From positions 2,610,001 to 2,642,000 of the forward strand of contig NZ_CP147990.1 in assembly GCF_037902255.1 (NCBI RefSeq): a stretch of DNA of 32,000 nucleotides, in the 5' to 3' direction. Below the pieces are notes generated by a model, which saw nothing but the letters and a program-made list of their open reading frames with translations, had not been told where the DNA came from and did no database searches. Positions 16,095-25,250 of this stretch are shown piece after piece (position 1 is the first letter of the stretch; each line of letters starts with the position of its first letter). Origin of the DNA: Candidatus Electrothrix sp. GW3-4 (GTDB taxonomy: Bacteria; Desulfobacterota; Desulfobulbia; Desulfobulbales; Desulfobulbaceae). The translations under genes were made by a program, and so were the position numbers.

Positions 16095-18255
16095 TTTCCC
16101 CTTTCCCTTTCCGAAGGATTGAGACCAGGGTAGAGGTCATCAAATGATCCTGTTCTTCTGTTAACAGGACAGATGCCGCCTCCAGAGTAGCAGCATCTTC
16201 CCTTGTCGTCCCCTCCCCCCCCTCATGCGAGGGGACAGAGTCCTCTTCATGAAACGCAGTCTCTACGGCACCTTCTTTTTTCTTTACAACATCCTCTTTC
16301 GGTTCAACAGCATCCAGGACATCGAAAGCCGCTTTACCCTTCCCTCCCTGGTTTACCGTCCTTAATCCATTAGCCAACTCATCTTCTTTATGGCTGAGCA
16401 AAGCGGCCACAACAGATGAAAAGGTTTCCCCAGATTCCTCACCGATCCCAGCAAGCTCCTCCGGTTCCTCGATAAATCCAGAAGAACCAGCGTTCTTATC
16501 TGATTCACTCTCCTCCGACTTGTCTGTTTTCCGACTCAGCATTGATGCCACGACAGACTGCACCAGGGTATCCTGTTCTTCTTCCGCAAGGAGAACCGAA
16601 GCATTCCTTTCCAGATCCCAGTCATCAACAGGACCCTGCCCCTTGGAGAGAACATGCCGCTCTGGAGGGATAATGCCCTTGTTCTCAGATGAAATCAGGC
16701 CCCCTTCTTCGGCACCTTCCTCCCCATGAAGAGATTCCCTTACAAACGAGTCATCGGGTGCAAACCTTTCTTCGGCAGGCATTCTCAGCTCACTCTTCGG
16801 GTTAACGCCCTTCTCATTTTCATTTACCAGAGGGAGCAGATCATCTGAAAAGAAAAACAACTTGCGCACTTGCTTATCATCAAAACAGGTCGTCAGGGCC
16901 AGGATATTGAGAATCAGGCCCACCCGACTGGCCACGGGATAACAGCCATACACGGAAGAGTGCGGAGCAGTAAAGGGCAATGCACGCTGTTCGCTGACAG
17001 TAAGCGTCCGTTTTCCAAGAACCTCTTCAACCAAAACCAAGACACGCAGGTCGCCGTTACAGACCTGGAGCAGCTTCCAATTGGGGGTAGGATGGGATTC
17101 CCGCCCAAAACATCGGGCTGGGTCAAGAACGGGTAATAACTCATTCTGGTACAAAGTGACACCGGCAACAAGTCCTTTGCTACCTGCCAGACGCTGGCAA
17201 TGAGTGAAGGGGAGCGTATCCACGACCTCAACATCAGGCAGGGCATGAATCATCTTGTAAAGGGTAAACTCGACGATATCGACCGGCTGCTTACCAAATA
17301 CGGACGCAAAATGGCGCTCTGACTTCAAATTCGGGGTTATGACCTGCGAATGTATCTCATCCGGCGGCTGAGCAAGCAGCGCCCTGAAATCAAGCACAGA
17401 AATGATCTTTCGATCAGAGAGAATAGCGTTCTGCCGCCAGTCAGATCGGACCAGCACGGGTAATGGGGCAAGGGTCACAGAATCAGCAGACAAGGTTCCC
17501 TGATCACCATCAACGACAAAGGCGAAGCCCTGCCCTTCAACAGTGCCAATAAGCCATTTTTCCTCTCCACCTTCTCTCTCAGATGGGAGCTGTAAATATT
17601 CCCTGATGTCAAGAACGGTGAGGACCTGCTCACAGTACAGGGTCATTCCTTGCACAAAGGCAGGCAGAAGCGGGAGAGTAGTTAACGCACCAGGAGGCTG
17701 TGCCTGCTCCGAAACAAAATAATCGACTGAGGCAGCAAACGATTTTTCCTTGCAGGTAAAAACCCTGAAAGAGGTCAACGAGGGCGTGCTTTTCCCTTTT
17801 AGTAAGGGAAGATGCAACTGCGGAGCCGGGGGAGTATAGCCAGCAACAGAGACCTGGCGATGGACTTCCCGGATATTGATCAGAGGGACAAGTTTTCCGC
17901 CAAGCTCTACACAGCTGTCTATAAAGGGTGTTTGCAGGTAGACAGGAAGAGAGAAAACAGCCGTGGAAGGTAGCTGCACCTTGCCCTTTTCCTGTTCCAC
18001 AACAAAGCTGACTGAAAGATCATGACCCGCAGGAACGAGCACAGGATATCTTCTGGCCCTGCGGACAGGAGCAAGCCCGAGACAGTACGAGAGATCTGCC
18101 AGGCTGACCGGATGCGCCCCCATCATGGCGATAGCGGTCACGGCGCTGTTATTGTCTGTCAACCAATGGATACTCTGTTCTTCATGAGAAAGAACATCCT
18201 CTTTCCAGACACCGCAACGAAACCCGGCAAGGTCAAGCAGCAGAAGCTCTCTCAT
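16036..18255 (-). CDS. Protein with three tandem CheW-like modules and an acidic C-terminal tail
   Basis: The modules are at about aa 4-133, 164-297 and 326-458. Each shows the CheW layout, for example ELLLLDLAGFRCGVWKEDV...VTAIAMMGAHPVSLADLSYCLGL...YPVLV...SFVVEQ...GGKLVPLINIREV when aligned by eye to E. coli CheW. I take the ATG at 18255, which has a GGAG SD 6 nt upstream. The ORF track begins at a GTG at 18261. Confidence 0.7.
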   Translation of the reverse strand: MRELLLLDLAGFRCGVWKEDVLSHEEQSIHWLTDNNSAVTAIAMMGAHPVSLADLSYCLGLAPVRRARRYPVLVPAGHDLSVSFVVEQEKGKVQLPSTAVFSLPVYLQTPFIDSCVELGGKLVPLINIREVHRQVSVAGYTPPAPQLHLPLLKGKSTPSLTSFRVFTCKEKSFAASVDYFVSEQAQPPGALTTLPLLPAFVQGMTLYCEQVLTVLDIREYLQLPSEREGGEEKWLIGTVEGQGFAFVVDGDQGTLSADSVTLAPLPVLVRSDWRQNAILSDRKIISVLDFRALLAQPPDEIHSQVITPNLKSERHFASVFGKQPVDIVEFTLYKMIHALPDVEVVDTLPFTHCQRLAGSKGLVAGVTLYQNELLPVLDPARCFGRESHPTPNWKLLQVCNGDLRVLVLVEEVLGKRTLTVSEQRALPFTAPHSSVYGCYPVASRVGLILNILALTTCFDDKQVRKLFFFSDDLLPLVNENEKGVNPKSELRMPAEERFAPDDSFVRESLHGEEGAEEGGLISSENKGIIPPERHVLSKGQGPVDDWDLERNASVLLAEEEQDTLVQSVVASMLSRKTDKSEESESDKNAGSSGFIEEPEELAGIGEESGETFSSVVAALLSHKEDELANGLRTVNQGGKGKAAFDVLDAVEPKEDVVKKKEGAVETAFHEEDSVPSHEGGEGTTREDAATLEAASVLLTEEQDHLMTSTLVSILRKGKGENDRSEVDEKQGGAGTQFCF

Positions 18256-18356
18256 AATCACTCCATTCAGTGGAACACAGGTTCTCCAGCTTTTTTATCC
18301 ATCGCATTCCTACTCGCGAAAGAAGAGCAGGGGCAGCGAGTTCTCGTTGTCGCTTA

Positions 18357-19373
18357 TTATTTTCTGATTCTGTCTCTGGAAATGACCAACAGGAGATCCT
18401 CTGCCGTCACAGGATACTCGGCATCAGGATTAGGGAGAAAGGCCCCGGCCCTTCCTTTCTGAATACCAAATACCGTGACATTATGCTCTGTCTTCATGGC
18501 AACAAAGACATCCAGGAATTTTTTCCCAGCCATTTCAACAGGAACTGGCATGGAGTAGAGCTCATTACCATAGCGACTACTCAGCAACTCGGTGACAACC
18601 CTACTGATACCGTGGTCTGAAGCAGCGCTGGCTATCAGGTGGCTGCTCAACTCACTCCCAATAATAATCTCATCTGCATTGGCGCGAAGACAATGGGGTT
18701 CATGCCTTTTATCTACCAGCTCAACCACACTATAGACCTCTGGATTCATACTTTCAATGGTCAGAGTGGTGAGCACGACCTTAGCGTCGCGGGCCGTGGT
18801 CTCTGCCGCATCATCGCCCAACACAATAATCGTCTGTGCCTTTTTCAGATTGGCCTTTTCCAAGGTTTCCTCACAAACCACCCCCCGAATAAAAAGCAGA
18901 TTGGGATCATCAACCGGTATTTCTTCAATATCCGCAACAAGAACCACAGAGGTCTGTTCGGTCTGGACATCAGCCCGCAGCTCCTTGAGAATCGCCTTTG
19001 CCCGATGGTTCCACTCGCAAATAATAATATGATCTTCAACTGTTGAAGGGCACATCCCCCTGTTCTCCCTCATCTTCCTGCTGATTAATATCGTGGCAAG
19101 ACCTGCACTGAGCATACCGAGCAGGCCTATACCGAAAAACATAACAAGCACGGCCAGCACGCGGCCTGCTGGTGTTGCTGGCGATATATCGCCGTATCCC
19201 ACTGTGGTCAGGGTGACAATGCTCCACCAAAGCCCGCTGGCAAAGGAGACCTCCGGTTCAAACCAGGCGATCAACACACTGCTCACCAGAACAATTGTAA
19301 AAATAACAGCAAAGAGATACAACAGATTCTCTCGCTGGAGAAAAAGATAGAGCTGCTTCAGTCTTTTCTTCAT
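18357..19373 (-). CDS. Two-TM potassium channel with cytoplasmic RCK/TrkA domain
   Basis: Selectivity filter TLTTVGYGD flanked by two hydrophobic helices. A Rossmann-like HIIICEWNHRAKAIL segment and a TrkA-C-like C-terminus follow. Length is 338 aa. Confidence 0.85.
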   Translation of the reverse strand: MKKRLKQLYLFLQRENLLYLFAVIFTIVLVSSVLIAWFEPEVSFASGLWWSIVTLTTVGYGDISPATPAGRVLAVLVMFFGIGLLGMLSAGLATILISRKMRENRGMCPSTVEDHIIICEWNHRAKAILKELRADVQTEQTSVVLVADIEEIPVDDPNLLFIRGVVCEETLEKANLKKAQTIIVLGDDAAETTARDAKVVLTTLTIESMNPEVYSVVELVDKRHEPHCLRANADEIIIGSELSSHLIASAASDHGISRVVTELLSSRYGNELYSMPVPVEMAGKKFLDVFVAMKTEHNVTVFGIQKGRAGAFLPNPDAEYPVTAEDLLLVISRDRIRK

Positions 19374-19396
19374 CGCCTCTGCTTATCGTTTCCTTA

Positions 19397-19735
19397 TCAT
19401 TTCTTTTGGGCGGCGGCTTTCTTTTTCACCGTTTTGCTCCTGGCCTTTTTGGGGACCTTTTTCTTCTCTCTCTTCTTCTCTCTATCATAGGGGCTCTCCA
19501 CCTCATAGAGTTTACCATTAATCGTCAGATCCAGGTCCCCGTCGTCTTCAAAACGATAGCCAAAGGGAACCGAAGCGGAAATACCATAGCGGTTCAGCGT
19601 GTACTGCTTTCCCTGATAGGTAATAACAACCTGATTTGGAGAAGTATATTTTGCCGAAAAAGGACGACCAGGTCCGCAGCTCGCAAGAAAAAGCCCTACC
19701 CCTATACCCAATGTCAGTATCTTCTTTCCCTTCAT
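19397..19735 (-). CDS. Small lipoprotein with Lys-rich C-terminus
   Basis: Trimmed to MKGKKILTLGIGVGLFLASCG, which has the lipobox LASC. GGAG SD lies 5 nt upstream. The tail is KKREKKKVPKKARSKTVKKKAAAQKK. The stop is 23 nt before the K+ channel start. Confidence 0.7.
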   Translation of the reverse strand: MKGKKILTLGIGVGLFLASCGPGRPFSAKYTSPNQVVITYQGKQYTLNRYGISASVPFGYRFEDDGDLDLTINGKLYEVESPYDREKKREKKKVPKKARSKTVKKKAAAQKK

Positions 19736-19944
19736 TTCACTCCGCGAAAATGGTGAGTTGCTGTGGAATACCTGTATGGTCATGGTAACGTACCTTCTGT
19801 GTAGAGTACCATTTACGCCCAGCAAAATGAACTTTTTTCTCATCACCCAAGGAAAGATGCTGAAAGAGTGGACTAAATAAGGTACAAGTGAAGCGATGAG
19901 TCTAAAAGTACTTCGTCTGTTTTCCTTCCCACCTGTTCTTCATT

Positions 19945-20793
19945 ATGAAAACCAAATACGATAGCGGCTCGCTGTACATTGTGGCAACGCCCATAGGCAA
20001 CCTTGCCGACATCAGTCAACGCATGCAAGAGGTTCTTTCTTCTGTGGATCTTCTTGCCTGCGAAGACACCCGTCATACTGGCAGGTTACTGACCCATATG
20101 GGCATTAAGGCCGATCTGACCAGCTACCACCGGGACAATGAGCAGCAAAAAACAGCCTATCTGCTCAATAAACTCGGCGACGGGCTGGACATTGCTCTGG
20201 TCTCTGATGCGGGCACCCCAGGGGTCTCTGACCCGGGTGCGATTCTGGTTCGGGGAGCACGTCAGCAAGGCATCCCTGTCGTCCCCATCCCCGGCCCCTC
20301 AGCCTTGGCAGCAGCCCTTTCTGTTTCTGGGCTGCAAGAATCAGGCTTTTATTTCGGTGGATTTCCAGCAGCCAAGAAGGGCGAGCGGGCCAAGCAATTC
20401 AATGCACTCAAGGCCTTTAACTGCCCCTTGATCTTTTATGAGGCCCCCCATCGCATTCATGCGACCTTAAAGGACTGCCTCCGCATCTTCGGAGATCGGC
20501 AGGCCCAGCTCTTCCGGGAGCTGACCAAGCTCCACGAAGAACATCTCTCTGGCCCTCTTTCCATGCTTATCGAACGCACCAGCGGCAGGGTACGGGGTGA
20601 ACTGGTCCTTATTATCAACGGCTACACTGAACCCCAAGAGGAGCGGCCAGAAGCCCTTAATGAGTTAATCATCTGGTATCGGGATAAGGGCAAGACCTCA
20701 CTCAAAGATGCGGTTCGGCTTATTTCCCGGGACCTGGATATCCCCCGCTCAAAGGTCTATCGCCAGGCATTAGCTGTATGGAAAGATGAATGA
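19945..20793 (+). CDS. rsmI: 16S rRNA (cytidine1402-2'-O)-methyltransferase
   Basis: LYIVATPIGNLADIS...VDLLACEDTRHTGRLL signature. Length is 282 aa. Confidence 0.9.
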   Translation: MKTKYDSGSLYIVATPIGNLADISQRMQEVLSSVDLLACEDTRHTGRLLTHMGIKADLTSYHRDNEQQKTAYLLNKLGDGLDIALVSDAGTPGVSDPGAILVRGARQQGIPVVPIPGPSALAAALSVSGLQESGFYFGGFPAAKKGERAKQFNALKAFNCPLIFYEAPHRIHATLKDCLRIFGDRQAQLFRELTKLHEEHLSGPLSMLIERTSGRVRGELVLIINGYTEPQEERPEALNELIIWYRDKGKTSLKDAVRLISRDLDIPRSKVYRQALAVWKDE

Positions 20794-20842
20794 CCCGTCA
20801 ATAACATAACGAAACGTTACCATTAACAGATTAAAAAACAGT

Positions 20843-23800
20843 ATGAAATCTCTCGGTATATGCGCTGGTGCTTCCAGCATCTCCTTAGCAGGACTTGAAC
20901 AGAACGCCACAGAAAGAAAGCTTCTTTTTACTCAATCCCGGGCCCATGACGGTAACCCAAGAAAGGTGCTGCGGGAGATGCTGGGGCAGCTTGAAGATCT
21001 TCAGCAATACAGGATTGCGGCCACCGGACGAAAGTTCAGAAATATGCTCAACTTCTCCGGCATTGCTGAGCCCGAGGCCGTGGAGCAGGCGACTGCGTTC
21101 CTCCTGCCCCCGGATCATCCCTATCGGGTGGTAATCAGTGCCGGTGGTGAGACCACCATGGTCTACCATCTGGATGAGGACGGCAGGGTGAACGAGATCC
21201 ACACCGGCAATAAATGCGCCTCCGGCACCGGGGAATTCTTTCTCCAGCAGCTGGGCAGGATGTCGGTCACTCTGGATGAGGCAGGCGAGATGAACCTGCC
21301 GGAAAAACCCCACAAGGTCTCCGGGCGCTGTTCCGTATTCTGCAAGAGTGATTGCACCCATGCCCTGAACAAGGGCGTCCCCAAGGACCAGGTGGTTGCT
21401 GGCCTATCGCGAATGATGTCGGGCAAGGTCATGGAGCTCCTCAAAAAACTCCCCAAGGATGCGGTGATGCTGGTGGGTGGCTGTGTAGACAATCAGGCCA
21501 TGGTCCATTATCTGCAAGAGGCCATCCCCGATCTGTACATCCCGAAAGAAGCTGCCGCCTTTGAGGCCTTAGGTGCGGCACTCTGGGCGATGGAGAACAA
21601 AGCCCAACCCTTCATCTCACTGGATGCCATCTTCACCGACCAGCAGGCTGGCCTGGCCACCCTGCCTCCGCTCTCTGCCTGCCAGCATCTGGTGCATTAC
21701 AAGAATCAGGAACGAGGCATTGCTGAAGAGGGTGACAAAGTCATCCTCGGTCTGGATGTGGGTTCAACCACCACTAAGGGCGTGCTTATGCGGCGGAGCG
21801 ATAAGGCCATTATTGCTGCCGAGTACCTGCGCACCAACGGCGATCCCATCGAGGCCTCAAAGAATGTCTACCAAAGCCTGGCAGATCAGGTCAAGGTACC
21901 TCTTACTATTGAGGGCCTGGGAGTGACCGGCTCTGGCCGCCAGATCGCTGGTCTCCATGCCCTGACCGACGGGGTGATCAATGAGATTGTGGCCCATGCC
22001 ACGGCAGCGGTCCATTTTGACCCGGAAGTGGATACCATCTTTGAGATCGGGGGCCAGGATGCCAAGTACACCTATATCACCAACGGGGTGCCCAGCGACT
22101 ATGCCATGAACGAGGCCTGCAGTGCAGGCACCGGCTCCTTTCTCGAGGAGGCGGCCAAGGAGAGCTTGGGCCTGGCAGTGACCGAAATCGGCGACACCGC
22201 CTTCCGGGCCACTGCCCCGCCCAACTTCAGCGACCAATGCGCGGCCTTTATCGGCTCAGACATCAAACGCTCGGTCCAGGAAAACGTGCCCCTGGAGGAT
22301 ATCGTGGCCGGACTGGTCTACTCCATTGGCATGAATTATAACAACCGGGTCAAGGGCAACCGGCCAGTGGGCAAGAAGGTCTTTGTCCAGGGCGGGGTCT
22401 GTTATAATAAGGCCGTGCCAGCGGCCATGGCCAGCCTGACCGGCAAAGAGGTGGTGGTCCCCTCAGAGGCCGGACTCATGGGGGCCTTTGGCGTGGCCCT
22501 GGAGGTGGAGCGACGCATGGAACAGGGCCTGCTTAACTCCCAGGAGTATGATCTCCAGGAGCTGATTGCCCGGAAGGTGAAGTACGGCGAACCCTTCATA
22601 TGCGGTGGCGGCAAGGACTGCGACCGAGGCTGTGAGATTTCCCGGATCCGGATCAAGGACAAGGTCTATCCCTTTGGCGGCATCTGTAACCGCTACGACA
22701 ACCTGATCCATAACCGTAAGGTCCAGACCGAGGACCTGAACCTGGTGATCAAGCGGGAGCAGCGGGTCTTCCGCGATCTGGCGCCTGCCGCCCCGACAGA
22801 TACCCGGCCCACCGTGGGCATGAACCGCTCCTTTCTCCTCAACACCTACTTCCCCTTCTTTAATGCCTTCTTTGCCGAGCTTGGTTTCCGCCTCACCCTG
22901 CCCTCCAAGGAAGATCCCAAAGGTACGGATCAACAGGGGGCAGCCTTCTGCTATCCGGTGGAGATTGCCCATAATTACGCGGCAACCCTACTGGCGGAAA
23001 AGCCCGACTATATCTTCCTGCCCCATCTCCGGGGCCTGGATATGGGTGAGCCGGACATGACCTCCTGCACCTGTGTCTTGGTCCAGGGAGAACCCTATTA
23101 TCTGCGCACCGCCTTTCCGGCCCTGAGCCCTGCTGGTCGGGTGGTTTCTCAGGTGATTGATTTCTCCAAGGGCAATAGCGCAGATACCGAGGCCTTCCTG
23201 GAATTAGCAGGAAACATGGGCATTGATCCGGCCGAGGTAAAGGATAAAGTAACAGCAGCCCTGAAGGCAGCAGATGCGTCGCAGCAGGCCTTTACCCAGG
23301 ATATCCGCGCAATGGGCAAACAGGCCCTGGCTGCCCTGGAGGCGACCCCGGAACAGTTCGGCACTGTGGTCTTCGGGCGTCCCTATAATGCCTTTACCTC
23401 AGTAGCCAATAAGGGCATTCCCGCCAAATTCGCCAGCCGGGGCATCGCGGTGATCCCCTTTGATATGCTGCCCTATTGGGAGGAGCAACTGGCTGAGGAC
23501 GAGAATATGTACTGGGCAATGGGCCAGATCATCCTCAAGGGGGCCCGCTTTGTCGAGCGGCACCCTCAGCTCTTTGCTACCTATATCACCAACTTCTCCT
23601 GCGGCCCGGACTCCTTCCTGGTCAGCTTCTTCCGGGATATGATGGGGCGCAAGCCCTCCCTGACCCTGGAACTGGATAGTCATACCGCAGATGCGGGCCT
23701 GGAAACCCGGATCGAGGCCTTTCTCGACATCATCCGCTACTACCGGGAGATCCAGAAGAAGGCCGCCTCTGTCCAGGTTGAAGAGCAGGTATACCGTGCT

Positions 23801-25126
23801 GCCACCCTTGAGGAACAACACGGCGTCACCGGGGTCCGCACCTCCAATGGCCACTGGCTGCCGCTGACTGACCCCAAGGTCCGCCTGCTCGTCCCGGCCA
23901 TGAGCCGATATGCCACCCCCTTGCTGGCTGCCGCCTTCGGAAGGGTCGGTATTCGGGCCGAGGCACTGCCGCCTGCGGATAAGGAAGTCCTCAAATTAGG
24001 TCGTGGTCATGCCTCGTGCAAGGAATGCCTGCCCCTGCAGACTACGCTGGGATCTCTGCTCAACCGGGTCAAGGCGCGCAAAGAGGATGAGGTGCTGGTT
24101 TACTACATGCCAGGTGCGGACGGCCCCTGTCGCTTTGGCCAGTATTATGTCTATACCAACAGGGTGCTTGAACAGCACAAGATTACAGACACAGCGGTGT
24201 TTACCCCCACCTGCACAAACGGATATCAGGGGTTGAACGATGCCTTTCTCCGGGCGGCATGGCGGGCGGTGGTGATCGGCGATCTCTTTGATGAGATGTG
24301 GTCGACTGTGCTGGCCGGAGCCGAGAATCGGGAGGCAGGCCTGCAGGTCTTTCATGAAGAGTTCAAGGCCATCACAGCGGTCATGCATCGGCGTTGGCCT
24401 GTAATTGCAAGCCAGCTCTCCAGGTCTGCGGCCCGCCTGGGCCGGATCCCCCTGAAGATGCCCTACGAACAGATCCCCAAGGTCTCCCTGATCGGCGAGA
24501 TCTACGTGCGCCACGACCCGATCTCCCTCCAGAGCCTTATCGAATCGCTGGCTGACCGAGGCATTATTGTCCGTACAGCATCAATCAATGAATGGCTGAA
24601 GTATACTGATTGGCTGATTCAAGAGGAGATCGAAGGAGAAGGGCCAACAATGGGTTCTGCTCTGCGGGGGCAGATAAAGAGATACTTTGACAGCGCCATC
24701 CGCAAACGGCTGGCTGCTTCAGGGCTGTTCTTTTATGATGGGCCAGCACCGGTCGAGCCGATCATTGATGTGGGCAAGAACTTCATCTCCCCTTATCTCA
24801 CCGGGGAGGCCATCCTCACCGTGGGCTCGGCCATGCACGAGATCCTCCATCCCTCCTGCGGCATCATCTCCATTGGGCCCTTTGGTTGTATGCCCTCCCG
24901 GGTGGCCGAGGCCGTGCTGAGCGAGAAGTTCACCACCACGGAGAAGCGGGTCCAACTCAACGGGGAGGGGGACCGTTGGCAGCCCATCTTAGAAAAGGAG
25001 CGCAAGCTGCCCTTTATCGCCATAGAGACCGACGGCAACCCCTTTCCGCAGCTCATCGAGGCCCGGATGGAAGCCTTCTGTCTCCAGGCAGAACGCTTGA
25101 ACGAGCAGATGCTGGCGTGTCAATAG
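20843..25126 (+). CDS. Acyl-CoA dehydratase activase-related fusion protein (two BcrAD/BadFG-type ATPase domains plus large C-terminal domain)
   Basis: Two actin-fold ATPase starts are present (LGICAGASS; ILGLDVGSTTTKGVL). Cluster-ligand contexts are CASGTGEFF / SGRCSVFCKSD and CSAGTGSFLEE. A ~750-aa C-terminal region typical of the long 'CoA-substrate-specific enzyme activase' fusions follows. Total length is 1427 aa. Confidence 0.8.
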   Translation: MKSLGICAGASSISLAGLEQNATERKLLFTQSRAHDGNPRKVLREMLGQLEDLQQYRIAATGRKFRNMLNFSGIAEPEAVEQATAFLLPPDHPYRVVISAGGETTMVYHLDEDGRVNEIHTGNKCASGTGEFFLQQLGRMSVTLDEAGEMNLPEKPHKVSGRCSVFCKSDCTHALNKGVPKDQVVAGLSRMMSGKVMELLKKLPKDAVMLVGGCVDNQAMVHYLQEAIPDLYIPKEAAAFEALGAALWAMENKAQPFISLDAIFTDQQAGLATLPPLSACQHLVHYKNQERGIAEEGDKVILGLDVGSTTTKGVLMRRSDKAIIAAEYLRTNGDPIEASKNVYQSLADQVKVPLTIEGLGVTGSGRQIAGLHALTDGVINEIVAHATAAVHFDPEVDTIFEIGGQDAKYTYITNGVPSDYAMNEACSAGTGSFLEEAAKESLGLAVTEIGDTAFRATAPPNFSDQCAAFIGSDIKRSVQENVPLEDIVAGLVYSIGMNYNNRVKGNRPVGKKVFVQGGVCYNKAVPAAMASLTGKEVVVPSEAGLMGAFGVALEVERRMEQGLLNSQEYDLQELIARKVKYGEPFICGGGKDCDRGCEISRIRIKDKVYPFGGICNRYDNLIHNRKVQTEDLNLVIKREQRVFRDLAPAAPTDTRPTVGMNRSFLLNTYFPFFNAFFAELGFRLTLPSKEDPKGTDQQGAAFCYPVEIAHNYAATLLAEKPDYIFLPHLRGLDMGEPDMTSCTCVLVQGEPYYLRTAFPALSPAGRVVSQVIDFSKGNSADTEAFLELAGNMGIDPAEVKDKVTAALKAADASQQAFTQDIRAMGKQALAALEATPEQFGTVVFGRPYNAFTSVANKGIPAKFASRGIAVIPFDMLPYWEEQLAEDENMYWAMGQIILKGARFVERHPQLFATYITNFSCGPDSFLVSFFRDMMGRKPSLTLELDSHTADAGLETRIEAFLDIIRYYREIQKKAASVQVEEQVYRAATLEEQHGVTGVRTSNGHWLPLTDPKVRLLVPAMSRYATPLLAAAFGRVGIRAEALPPADKEVLKLGRGHASCKECLPLQTTLGSLLNRVKARKEDEVLVYYMPGADGPCRFGQYYVYTNRVLEQHKITDTAVFTPTCTNGYQGLNDAFLRAAWRAVVIGDLFDEMWSTVLAGAENREAGLQVFHEEFKAITAVMHRRWPVIASQLSRSAARLGRIPLKMPYEQIPKVSLIGEIYVRHDPISLQSLIESLADRGIIVRTASINEWLKYTDWLIQEEIEGEGPTMGSALRGQIKRYFDSAIRKRLAASGLFFYDGPAPVEPIIDVGKNFISPYLTGEAILTVGSAMHEILHPSCGIISIGPFGCMPSRVAEAVLSEKFTTTEKRVQLNGEGDRWQPILEKERKLPFIAIETDGNPFPQLIEARMEAFCLQAERLNEQMLACQ

Positions 25127-25197
25127 GGAGAGAGGCCGTCACCGCGCCTACGGTGCGGATCAGGATGTTGGTGGAGGAGTAGGGGGCCGGGGCGTTT

Positions 25198-25225
25198 GTA
25201 GGGGCACGGCGTGCCGTGCCCCTAC
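25198..25225. repeat. REP-like perfect palindrome GTAGGGGCACGG-cgtg-CCGTGCCCCTAC
   Basis: 12-bp arms with a 5' GTAG and 3' CTAC, lying 26 nt upstream of the STAND NTPase start. Confidence 0.8.
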
Positions 25226-25250
25226 GCCATGACAACCGCAGGGGACGGTA

